A DNA stretch of 64,000 nucleotides. It comes from an uncultured Rhodobacterales bacterium. GTDB taxonomy: Bacteria; Pseudomonadota; Alphaproteobacteria; Rhodobacterales; CAZPXZ01. The position numbers and the translations under genes were made by a program. Location: assembly GCA_964586735.1 (NCBI GenBank), contig CAZPIN010000125.1, positions 563 to 64,562 of the forward strand, given 5' to 3'. Shown here piece after piece: positions 48,160 through 62,094 of this stretch. The notes under the pieces were generated by a model, which was given only the letters and a program-made list of their open reading frames with translations, was not told where the DNA came from and made no database searches. How positions within the stretch are numbered: the first letter of the stretch is position 1; each line of letters starts with the position of its first letter.

Positions 48160-48726
48160 CTACTTGGCCGTACGCTTCAGCGGTGGTGACTTGACGGGAA
48201 CATCATTGACGGCGTGGCCGTTGCCTGCGTCTTCGTCAAACACCGCATTGAGACTTGTAGCAGTGAGTATCCGGGGTAGCCAGTATTCAATCTGCGGTAC
48301 CGAAGAGGCGCGCACCAGTTCCTCTATGTGACCTGGCACTCGCCGATACTTGCTCCTTGCCAGTATCAGGAAGTCCTCGGCCTTGGCTTCGGACCTGGCC
48401 TTGGCCTCGTTCTGGGTCATGCCCCTGTCATCGTCGAACACCAGGCTGAGACTGGGAGCCCTGAGAACCCGGAGCAGCCAGTTGTCAAGCTGCGGTATCC
48501 AAGCGGAGCGTACCTGCGCCTCTCTGTCCTCCGGCACTCGACCAAACTTGCTCCTCGCCAGCATCAGGAAGTCCTCGGTTTTGGCCGTGGCCTCGGCCTG
48601 TTCCATGCCATCGTCTGCGACTACCTCATAGGCTACGGCCATAATCTCTTCGACCAACGGCTTCGATGCCACTTTGTCCGACGTCTCCATGGTCTCCTCC
48701 ATCACTTCCGGTCCTGCGACGCCCAT
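48160..48726 (-). CDS. ORF made of two tandem DUF4351-like modules
   Basis: Module 1 is 'TEDFLMLARSKFGRVPEDREAQVRSAWIPQLDNWLLRVLRAPSLSLVF'. Module 2 is 'AEDFLILARSKYRRVPGHIEELVRASSVPQIEYWLPRILTATSLNAVF'. Confidence 0.5.
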   Translation of the reverse strand: MGVAGPEVMEETMETSDKVASKPLVEEIMAVAYEVVADDGMEQAEATAKTEDFLMLARSKFGRVPEDREAQVRSAWIPQLDNWLLRVLRAPSLSLVFDDDRGMTQNEAKARSEAKAEDFLILARSKYRRVPGHIEELVRASSVPQIEYWLPRILTATSLNAVFDEDAGNGHAVNDVPVKSPPLKRTAK

Positions 48727-48803
48727 AATCGCTGTCGGGCAACTACGGCAGTCTCAGCGATTCTGTGCTTACCCTCAGCACGGCTGCCAGTTCGCAGAAC
48801 CAT

Positions 48804-49910
48804 CTAGTCGGTGCGCTTGCCGCTGCCGTTGAACACCGCCTCGATGTCGGGCGCGGCATACAGGCGATCAAGCCAGTCATCGACCTGCTCCTGCGAAGCG
48901 TTGCGCACCTGGTCTGCCAAATGGTCAGGGACGCTCTGAAACCGCCTTTCGGCAGCCCGCAGAAATGTCACACTTCGGCCTTCGGCCAGACCTTCGGCCC
49001 AAAACATCTCGAATGACGGGTCCATAATCTCCTCCACCATGTCCTGTCCCAGAACGTTCGCAATCGCCTTCTCGATTCGAACGCGCGAAACGCCTTGCTC
49101 GGCGAGTGCACCTACAGCATACTGCCTCTGGTTCTTCGTGTAAAGCCCGAGCCCCTCTGCAATATATTCAAGGTCCTTGTCACTCAGCGGCGGTCCGTCA
49201 CGGGTTCCCCTTGCAACCAGCAGCGGCGCACCCGCCGCCGCGTTCTTGGTGAGTTCCTGCCGGCGAAGGTTCCCCAGGTAGAAGTGGACGACCTTCTCCG
49301 CCGTCAGCGTTTCCGCCTTTTCCTCGGGTGTCAGTTTCGCCAGCTCGGCCAGAGATTTCGGGCGGGTCTGCGTCGCCTTCCCGTTCAGTACAATAACGCC
49401 ATTGAGGATTGGCACTTCGCCCCATGTCGTTACTCCATCTTCCACCAGCTGGCGGGTAAGACGGAACGCGGAGCTGACCACCTGAAGCTCGGCCAGCTTC
49501 GTCTTGTCCGACTTGTGCTCATAGGCGCTGACCACGGGCCTCCCGTCGGTGTGCTTTGCCAGCAGGCCCAAATCGGCCTCGTCGATGAGGAAGTCTCCGC
49601 CCTCAACGCGAGTGGGAAGCGGGCGGGGATGAAAATTCCTGTCGAGATTCCGGTAGACCACACCCGCCAGCGTGAGGCGAAGCAGCTCCCAAAGGGTATC
49701 GGGGAAATTGGCGAGCCAGCGGATGTTGGCATCCCACGGGTGGGCCCTTCTCCTTGGTGGCTTCTCTGTTCCAGCCTGTTCCTGCTCCGGCTGGTTCGAC
49801 TCGTGTGTCTGTTCTGGCATGGCCATGCCTCCTCTGTCTGGGGTGACGCTTGGCATCGCCGCCCGGCGAATCACTCCGCCGCCGCGGCCATGCTCGTTTG
49901 TGCAGTCCAC
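48804..49910 (-). CDS. Rpn/YhgA-like PD-(D/E)XK nuclease family protein with DUF4351-like C-terminal domain (paralog C)
   Basis: 'HPWDANIRWLANFPDTLWELL' is an Rpn-like N-terminal motif. 'DEADLGLLAKHTDGRPVVSAYEHKSDKTKLAELQV' fits the D...EhK core. The C-terminus reads 'WAEGLAEGRSVTFLRAAERRFQSVPDHLADQVRNASQEQVDDWLDRLYAAPDIEAVF'. Confidence 0.7.
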   Translation of the reverse strand: MDCTNEHGRGGGVIRRAAMPSVTPDRGGMAMPEQTHESNQPEQEQAGTEKPPRRRAHPWDANIRWLANFPDTLWELLRLTLAGVVYRNLDRNFHPRPLPTRVEGGDFLIDEADLGLLAKHTDGRPVVSAYEHKSDKTKLAELQVVSSAFRLTRQLVEDGVTTWGEVPILNGVIVLNGKATQTRPKSLAELAKLTPEEKAETLTAEKVVHFYLGNLRRQELTKNAAAGAPLLVARGTRDGPPLSDKDLEYIAEGLGLYTKNQRQYAVGALAEQGVSRVRIEKAIANVLGQDMVEEIMDPSFEMFWAEGLAEGRSVTFLRAAERRFQSVPDHLADQVRNASQEQVDDWLDRLYAAPDIEAVFNGSGKRTD

Positions 49911-50266
49911 AGAGAATCAAGACGCGACCCGTGTCAAGTTGAAAGAATTTGTAACCGTTCCGAAAAAGATCACGCCATGAGGCAAATCCATATTCTACAA
50001 CGCGTTAGGGGCAAAAATTTGCCGTTTATCGGGAGGCCATTTTTCCGCCGGGATGACACGCCACTTCGTCACGTTGTCCGGAATCGTGCCTGTGCCGCGA
50101 CGCGATACCCGCGGATGCCTTGTGACCAATTCGCTCAGACCGTCCGCCACGCCGTCCATCCATGCGCACCCGCGTTCGGTTGGCGCGAGCGCTCGCTATC
50201 CGGCACGGGCCCGGCTGTCAAGCGGATGGGGCAGGCGGCCGATTCGCCTGCCGGAGGGATGGGGTT

Positions 50267-52162
50267 CTACAGGGACTCGGAAAGCAGGCCGAGGGCCGCG
50301 TCCACGCTGGCCGGGTTGACCGCCACGCCGTAGTCCTCGGACAGGTGGTCGATGAAGCGCACCAGAATGTCGCCGCCAAGGCTGGCGCGCAGCTGCGGGC
50401 GTATGGTTTCGACTTCGCCGTCCACCTCCTCCTCGTCGCCGGGGGTGATCTCGTCGAGCCGCGCCACCAGCGCCTGCCGCGGCGCGCGGGCCTTGCCGGC
50501 GAGATGGTCTCCTGTCTCGGCGCGGAACAGGTCGTCAGCCAGATCGCGGGTGAGGACGGGGTCGGGAGAGCGGCGGCGGAACGGCTCGCTGGTCGCCGTC
50601 TCCAGCTCCATGGACGCGGCGACATCCTCCAGGCTCTCGCCCGCCTCGACGCGCTCAAGGGCGGAGTCCGCGGCCGCCTCGGTGGCGGCCTCCCATGCCT
50701 CGTCCTCGAGGATGCGGACAATTTCCTCGCGGGCCTCGTCGAGCGTCTGGTCGCGGCTCTCGTCAATCGCGTCGACGCGCAGCGCGGCGATGCCGCCGTC
50801 GTCAAACTCCAGCAGGTCGAGATCCTCCTCGACCAGCGAATCGAACGCCGCCTCGAGGAAGGCGCGGTCCTGGGGCAGGCCCTCGGCCAGGGCGTCGTCG
50901 GCGTCGCGTCCGAAGCGGTCGAGGCCCTCGCGGACGCCCAGCTCGATCTCCATCTCACCGGCGATTTCCTCCAGGCTGAGGCCGGCGGCGCGGCGGTCCT
51001 CGATGTCGGCGATGATCTCGGGCATCTGGTCAAGCGCGGTTTCGAGGGCGAGGGCGCCGGCGATCTCCTCCCGCACCTCGTCGAACGGCCGCTCGCTGGC
51101 CTCCGCGGCCGCCACCACCTCCAGCGCCGCCCAGCCGAAGGGCGTCCGCGCGGGTCCGGCGGGTCCGGGCTCGGTGACCGCGAAGGCGGCCTCGGCGATG
51201 GTCTCGCTAAGGTCCTCGCGCAGCGCTTCGCCCAGATCCACCTCCGTTTCGGTGAGGCCCATCTCGCCGGCGATGGTCAGCAGGCTGACGTCCTCGCCCA
51301 GCCGGTCCAGCGCCTCCTGGGCCTCCTCCTCGGTCTCGAACACGATCTGCCGCAGGGTGCGCGTGGCGGGGGTGCTGTAGAGGTCGAGCTGGGACTGGTA
51401 GTACTCTTCGGCCTCTTCGTCGCTCACCGACTCGGCGTCGGCCAGGCTGTCGGGACTAACCCATATGTACGTCAGGCCGCGGCGCTCCGGGGTGCGGAAG
51501 TTGTCCTGGTTCTCGTCGAGGTAGCTGGCGATCGCCTCCTCCTCGGACGGGGCGGGGGCTTCGATCTTGTCCTCCTCGATCAGCAGGTAGGTGATGGTGC
51601 GGTTCTCAAGGCCGCGGAGGATGTACTGCCGGTAGGCTGCCTCGGGGGCTGCCGTGCCGGCGGCGACCGCCGACGTTAGATGCCTGCGCACCAGGTCCCT
51701 GCGGACGCTGGCCTCGAACTCCTTCTGCGACATGCCGACGCGGGCGATCTGGCTGGCGTACACGGCCGGGTCGAACCGGCCGCCGGCGTCCTGAAAGGCG
51801 GGCAGGGAGGCGATGGCCTCCGACACCGCGTCGTCGGGCGCCGAGAGTCCGAGGTCGACTGTGGCCTGGTTGACGGCCGCCCGGCGGGTGAGCTCCGCCA
51901 GCACCGTTCCGTCTATGCCCCGCTCGAGGGCCTCGGCGACGCTGAGCCTGCCGCCTTCGCCGGACGCCTGGTCGACGGCCGCCTGGAAGGCGTTGAGGAA
52001 CACGTTGGCGGAGACCTCCTGGTCGCCCACCGTCGCCACCGTCTGGCTGGCCCGGTTGATGAAGACGTCGCCCACGCCCCAGACGGCGAAACTGGCCACC
52101 AGCAGGGCGATCATCAGCTTCGCCAGCCAGGAGCGCACCATGTTGCGCATTCGGTTGAGCAT
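50267..52162 (-). CDS. ppiD: Periplasmic chaperone PpiD-like (SurA N-terminal/PPIase family)
   Basis: N-terminal membrane anchor 'WLAKLMIALLVASFAVWGVGDVF'. It has the length and Asp/Glu-rich chaperone body typical of PpiD, and the common trpE-adjacent position. Confidence 0.8.
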   Translation of the reverse strand: MLNRMRNMVRSWLAKLMIALLVASFAVWGVGDVFINRASQTVATVGDQEVSANVFLNAFQAAVDQASGEGGRLSVAEALERGIDGTVLAELTRRAAVNQATVDLGLSAPDDAVSEAIASLPAFQDAGGRFDPAVYASQIARVGMSQKEFEASVRRDLVRRHLTSAVAAGTAAPEAAYRQYILRGLENRTITYLLIEEDKIEAPAPSEEEAIASYLDENQDNFRTPERRGLTYIWVSPDSLADAESVSDEEAEEYYQSQLDLYSTPATRTLRQIVFETEEEAQEALDRLGEDVSLLTIAGEMGLTETEVDLGEALREDLSETIAEAAFAVTEPGPAGPARTPFGWAALEVVAAAEASERPFDEVREEIAGALALETALDQMPEIIADIEDRRAAGLSLEEIAGEMEIELGVREGLDRFGRDADDALAEGLPQDRAFLEAAFDSLVEEDLDLLEFDDGGIAALRVDAIDESRDQTLDEAREEIVRILEDEAWEAATEAAADSALERVEAGESLEDVAASMELETATSEPFRRRSPDPVLTRDLADDLFRAETGDHLAGKARAPRQALVARLDEITPGDEEEVDGEVETIRPQLRASLGGDILVRFIDHLSEDYGVAVNPASVDAALGLLSESL

Positions 52163-52174
52163 GGCCGCGTCTCC

Positions 52175-57432
<5,258 letters not shown>

Positions 57433-57471
57433 AGGGGCCGCGGCGGAACGCAGGCAAGCTGGAGCGAACAC

Positions 57472-57948
57472 ATGCCCAAACCATCCCTCAAGTCTTTTCC
57501 GGTCTCCTGGGACCAGCTGCACCGCGACGCGCGGGCGCTCGCATGGCGGCTGGCCGGCAAGGGGCCCTGGCGGACCATCGTTGCGATCACGCGGGGCGGC
57601 CTGGTGCCGGCGGCGATCGTCGCCCGCGAGCTGGAGATACGGCTCATCGACACGGTCTGCGTCGCCACCTACGACTACCAGACACGCGGCGAGGTCAACG
57701 TCATGAAGGAGGTGGCGGACGAAGGGTCGGACGTGCTGGTGGTCGACGACCTGGTGGACACCGGCACGACCATGAAGGCGGTGCGCGAGATGCTGCCCAA
57801 CGCCCATGTGGCGACCGTCTACGCCAAGCCGGACGGCCAGCCGATGGTGGACACCTACATCACCGAGGTCAGCCAGGACACGTGGATCTACTTCCCGTGG
57901 GACATGGATCTGCAGTTCGTGGCGCCCATCGCCAAGGCGGACAGCTAG
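57472..57948 (+). CDS. gpt: Xanthine-guanine phosphoribosyltransferase
   Basis: '[13 protein letters not shown]' PRPP motif, at the Gpt-like length of 158 aa. Confidence 0.9.
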   Translation: MPKPSLKSFPVSWDQLHRDARALAWRLAGKGPWRTIVAITRGGLVPAAIVARELEIRLIDTVCVATYDYQTRGEVNVMKEVADEGSDVLVVDDLVDTGTTMKAVREMLPNAHVATVYAKPDGQPMVDTYITEVSQDTWIYFPWDMDLQFVAPIAKADS

Positions 57949-57985
57949 GGGAATTGTCCGTTTGCGACATAGGCGCGTTGCGCGC

Positions 57986-58014
57986 TTGACAGGCTGTCGC
58001 GATGAGTCTATGGT
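57986..58014 (+). promoter_or_regulatory. Candidate sigma70 promoter of the ABC transporter operon
   Basis: TTGACA-N17-TATGGT, about 70 nt upstream of the ATG at 58085. Confidence 0.45.
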
Positions 58015-58084
58015 CCCGCCACCCAGGCTGGCAGGGGTGTCGGCCGCACAGCGCAGACCAGCGCGTTCTCAAGTGGAGGATTTC

Positions 58085-59761
58085 ATGAGCGACAGTATGA
58101 CAATCAACGGCAAGCCGTTGCATCCAGCGGTAGAGCAGCTCGCGGAGGCGGTCAGCCTCAGGCAGTTCGGCCGGCGCGAGTTTATCGCCGCGGCGACAGC
58201 TCTTGGCGTAACGGCGGCGGGAGCCTACTGGCTTCTGGGGTCGAGGCAGCCCGCTCCGGTAGGGGGCGGCGCGTTTCGCCAGGGCGGTACGATGCGCATC
58301 CAGACCGAGGTGCGCACGCTCAAGGACCCAAGGACCTACGACTGGAGCCAGATGGCCAACTACACCCGCGGCTGGCTCGAGTATCTGGTGCAGTACAACC
58401 GCGACGGCACCATCGAGGGCAAGCTGCTGGACAGCTGGGAGATCAGCGACGACGCGACCGAGTACACGCTCAACGTCCGCAAGGGGGTGACGTGGAACAA
58501 CGGCCAGCCGTTCACGGCGGAGGACGTGGCCCTGATCATCGAGCAGTGGGCGGACCTGAACGTGGAGGGCAACTCCATGGCCGCCCGCATGGGGTCGCTG
58601 GTGGACGACAGCACCAAGACTCTGCGGGCAGGAGGCGTCGAGGTGGTCGACAGCCATACCGTCAAGCTCAACACAAGCTTTCCGGACATCACCCTGATCG
58701 TCGGTATGGCGGACTATCCGGCCGCCGTCTACCACCACTCGATGAGGGGCGACCCGCTGGACAATCCCGTCGGCACCGGCCCATACCTGCCGGGCGAGTA
58801 CGAGGTGGGCGTGAAGGCGGTCCTCCAGCGCAACAGCGACCACAACTGGTGGAGAGGGGATGGCGGAGCGTTCATCGATACGTACGAGTATCTCGACTAC
58901 GGCACCGAGCCGGCGCAGTGGATGTCGGCGATCGAGGCGGACGAGGTGGACGTCATCTACGAGAACGTCGGCGACTTCATCGATGTCGCCAACAATCTGG
59001 GCTGGGTGGAGTCGGACGCCGTTACGGCGGCGACGGTGGTCATCCGGCCCAACCAGGATGCCGAGGTAGACGGAAAGAAGATCTACGCCGACCGCAACGT
59101 CCGCAAGGCGCTGCAGCTGGCGGTGGACAACCAGCCGCTGCTCGAGCTTGGAATTTCCGGGCGGGGCACGATCGCGGAGAACCATCACGTCTGCCCGATC
59201 CATCCGGAGTACGCGGAGCTGCCTCCGCTTGAGGTCGACCCAGCCAAGGCGAAGCAGATGATGGACGCGGCGGGGCTCGGCGATTTCGAGCATGAGCTGA
59301 TCTCCATCGACGACGACTACCGGCGCAACTCCAGCGACGCGGCGGCGGCCCAGCTGCGCGCCGCGGGCATCAAGGTCAAGCGCACCATCCTGCCTGGCAG
59401 CACGTTCTGGAACGACTGGGCGAAGTATCCGTTCAGCTGCACCAACTGGAACATGCGTCCGCTGGGCGTGCAGGTGCTGGCGCTGGCCTACCGCAGCGGC
59501 GAGGCGTGGAACGAGACCGGCTTCAGCAACGCCGAGTTTGACAGCACGCTTGAGCAGGCACTGGGCGTCGCGGATGTCGAGAAGCGCCGCGAACTCTCGA
59601 AGAGGCTTCAGACCATCATGCAGGAGGAGGGCGTGACCATCCAGCCGTACTGGCGGTCGCTGTATCGGCACTACCGTCCCGGCGTCGTCAACGCCGAGAT
59701 GCATCCGACCTTCGAGACTCACATTCTCGACTACGCGTGGTCGGACAGCGCGACCAGCTGA
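58085..59761 (+). CDS. ABC transporter substrate-binding protein (family 5, peptide/nickel type) with a Tat signal
   Basis: Twin-arginine '[21 protein letters not shown]'. RBS 'gtggagga'. SBP_bac_5-like body. Confidence 0.9.
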   Translation: MSDSMTINGKPLHPAVEQLAEAVSLRQFGRREFIAAATALGVTAAGAYWLLGSRQPAPVGGGAFRQGGTMRIQTEVRTLKDPRTYDWSQMANYTRGWLEYLVQYNRDGTIEGKLLDSWEISDDATEYTLNVRKGVTWNNGQPFTAEDVALIIEQWADLNVEGNSMAARMGSLVDDSTKTLRAGGVEVVDSHTVKLNTSFPDITLIVGMADYPAAVYHHSMRGDPLDNPVGTGPYLPGEYEVGVKAVLQRNSDHNWWRGDGGAFIDTYEYLDYGTEPAQWMSAIEADEVDVIYENVGDFIDVANNLGWVESDAVTAATVVIRPNQDAEVDGKKIYADRNVRKALQLAVDNQPLLELGISGRGTIAENHHVCPIHPEYAELPPLEVDPAKAKQMMDAAGLGDFEHELISIDDDYRRNSSDAAAAQLRAAGIKVKRTILPGSTFWNDWAKYPFSCTNWNMRPLGVQVLALAYRSGEAWNETGFSNAEFDSTLEQALGVADVEKRRELSKRLQTIMQEEGVTIQPYWRSLYRHYRPGVVNAEMHPTFETHILDYAWSDSATS

Positions 59762-59878
59762 TCCATGCGGGCGGGGGCCTGGCACCCCCGCCCGTTAACC
59801 TATGCCAATTCTTCACAATTGCTGTTTTCCAACCGGGCGGGCGCCCGGCGGTAAAGGGCAGGGCGAGGCGTCAGTCTG

Positions 59879-60925
59879 ATGCTTCTGTTTCTCGCCAGAC
59901 GACTGGGCGTGATGGCCCTGACCGTCCTCTGCCTTTCTGCGGTGGTTTTCTTCCTGACAAACCTGCATCCCAATCTTGAGAAGCTGGCGAAGACCCAGGG
60001 AAACAACCGCATGACCGACGCGCAGGTGGTCACCTGGCTGGAGAACCACGGCTACGCCCGGCCCTGGATCGTGCGCTACGGCGAATGGCTGGGACTCGCC
60101 CCGGGCTGGCAGCACGTCGACTCGGATGGAGTAGTGAGCGGGCGGTGCATACGGCTTGGCGCGCCCGCCGTCGAGGAAAACCAATACTGCGGCGTACTGC
60201 AGGGTACCTTTGGGTGGTCGACGGTGTTCAGGGAAACCGTCGGCGAGGTGATTCTGCGCAAGCTGGGACTGACCGGCATCCTCATGTGGTGGGTGATGGT
60301 GGTCATGGTGCCCACCGCCCTGGTGGTTGGCGTCATGGCGGGCATGCGCGAAGGCACCCGGCTCGACCGCTCGCTGTCCACCTTCTCGATCGCCACGACG
60401 GCGACGCCCGAGTACGTGTCGGGCGTCATCATGATCGTGGTGTTTTCCAGCTCGATCGTCGGCCTCAAGTGGTTCAAGGGGTCGGCGGCCTCGGCCATGG
60501 ACGAGGTCACCTTCGTCAACTTCACGCTGCCGGTCATGACCATGGCGCTCTACGGCATGGGCTACATCGCCCGCATGAGCCGCGCCTCCATGGCGGAGGT
60601 CATGACCGCGCAGTACATCCGCACCGCCCGGCTCAAGGGCGTCAAGTTCAGCAGCGTCGTGATTCGCCACGCGCTGCGCAACGCCCTGATCGCTCCGTTT
60701 ACGGTGATCATGCTCCAGTTTCCGTGGCTGCTCACCGGGGTGGTGATCGTCGAAACGCTTTTCAACTACAAGGGATTCGGCTGGACTCTGGTGCAGGCGG
60801 CGACTGGCAACGACGTCGAGCTGCTGCTGGGATGCTCGGTGGTGGCCGTTATCGTGGTGCTGGTAACGCAGCTGATTTCGGACGTAGGCTACGTCTACCT
60901 CAATCCGCGAATCAGGGTGACCTGA
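59879..60925 (+). CDS. ABC transporter permease (DppB/OppB-like)
   Basis: Multi-TM protein with the EAA-loop region 'YIRTARLKGVKFSSVVIRHALRNAL'. Confidence 0.9.
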   Translation: MLLFLARRLGVMALTVLCLSAVVFFLTNLHPNLEKLAKTQGNNRMTDAQVVTWLENHGYARPWIVRYGEWLGLAPGWQHVDSDGVVSGRCIRLGAPAVEENQYCGVLQGTFGWSTVFRETVGEVILRKLGLTGILMWWVMVVMVPTALVVGVMAGMREGTRLDRSLSTFSIATTATPEYVSGVIMIVVFSSSIVGLKWFKGSAASAMDEVTFVNFTLPVMTMALYGMGYIARMSRASMAEVMTAQYIRTARLKGVKFSSVVIRHALRNALIAPFTVIMLQFPWLLTGVVIVETLFNYKGFGWTLVQAATGNDVELLLGCSVVAVIVVLVTQLISDVGYVYLNPRIRVT

Positions 60926-60938
60926 GGGGAGCGGGTTC

Positions 60939-62090
60939 ATGGAGGAGCTTGGCTGGGGACAGATTTTTCTGCAGGCGCTGATTCGGTTCTGGCCCGTCTG
61001 GATCGCCATGGCGGCGGTGTACGCCGTTTCGATCCGGTACCGCAGCCGCCTAGGGCTGTACGGACGTCTCTTCGACAGCCGGGTGGGGCTGATCGGTTTC
61101 GGCATCGTCCTGTTCTGGTTTCTCACGGCGATCTTCGCCGACCTGATCGCCATTCACGATCCGCTCCAGCAGATCTCCGGCCTCAAGAACAAGCGCCCCG
61201 GCGCCCCGGTGCCGGGCGCGGACACCTATTTCCTGTTCGGCGGCGACCATCTCGCCCGCGACGTGTTCTCGCGCATGGTGCACGGCTCGCGCACCGTGCT
61301 TGCCATCGCCCCGGCCGCCACGACCTTCGCCTTCATGGTGGGCATTACCCTCGGCCTGCCCGCCGGCTACTACGGAGGGCGGCTCGACACGGTGCTGACC
61401 TTTCTGGCCAATCTCGTTCTGGCGTTCCCGGTCATCCTGCTGTTCTACCTGCTGGTCACGCCCGAAATCCGCTCGACCGGCGTGCCCATCTATCTGGCTG
61501 GCGTGCTGTTCCTGTTCCCGATAATTTTCTTCTCCATGCTGTTCATATCGCGGTTCCTCGAGCAGCCGACCAAGCTGGTCTTCTATCTCGTTCCCACGCT
61601 GGTCCTCGGCTTCTGGGCCTACACCGGCCTGGCCTTCAACTCGGACCCGCTCGGCGTGTTCTATATGGACCCCAACCTTCTCAACATCTTCGTCTCGGTG
61701 GTCTTCGTAAACTCGCCGACCGTGTTCCGCATCGTCCGCGGCATAACTCTCGACATCAAGACCCGCGACTACGTGGCGGCGGCGCAGACCCGCGGAGAGG
61801 GGCCATGGTACATCATGCTGTGGGAGGTGCTGCCCAACGCCCGCGGGCCGCTGATCGTCGATTTCTGCCTGCGCATCGGCTACACCACCATCCTGCTGGG
61901 CACGCTGGGCTTCTTCGGCCTCGGCGTCAGCCCGGAGAGCCCGGACTGGGGCCTGACCATCAACGAGGGCCGCAAGCTGCTCTCCATCTACCCCCATCCG
62001 GCCCTGCCGCCGGCCCTGTCGCTGATGAGTCTGGTGCTGGGCCTCAACCTGCTCGCCGACGGGCTGCGCGAGCAGTCGCTGAAGGACTGA
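60939..62090 (+). CDS. ABC transporter permease (DppC/OppC-like)
   Basis: Multi-TM protein with 'YVAAAQTRGEGPWYIMLWEVLPNARGPL'. Confidence 0.9.
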   Translation: MEELGWGQIFLQALIRFWPVWIAMAAVYAVSIRYRSRLGLYGRLFDSRVGLIGFGIVLFWFLTAIFADLIAIHDPLQQISGLKNKRPGAPVPGADTYFLFGGDHLARDVFSRMVHGSRTVLAIAPAATTFAFMVGITLGLPAGYYGGRLDTVLTFLANLVLAFPVILLFYLLVTPEIRSTGVPIYLAGVLFLFPIIFFSMLFISRFLEQPTKLVFYLVPTLVLGFWAYTGLAFNSDPLGVFYMDPNLLNIFVSVVFVNSPTVFRIVRGITLDIKTRDYVAAAQTRGEGPWYIMLWEVLPNARGPLIVDFCLRIGYTTILLGTLGFFGLGVSPESPDWGLTINEGRKLLSIYPHPALPPALSLMSLVLGLNLLADGLREQSLKD

Positions 62091-62094
62091 GACC

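Noticed and set aside
50230-50252. The hairpin 'GGCAGGCG-gccgatt-CGCCTGCC' downstream of ppiD, as an intrinsic terminator.
   Set aside because: The stem is good, but no U-tract follows on the minus strand. It may be a Rho-dependent or stabilising structure. Evidence is insufficient to call it a terminator.
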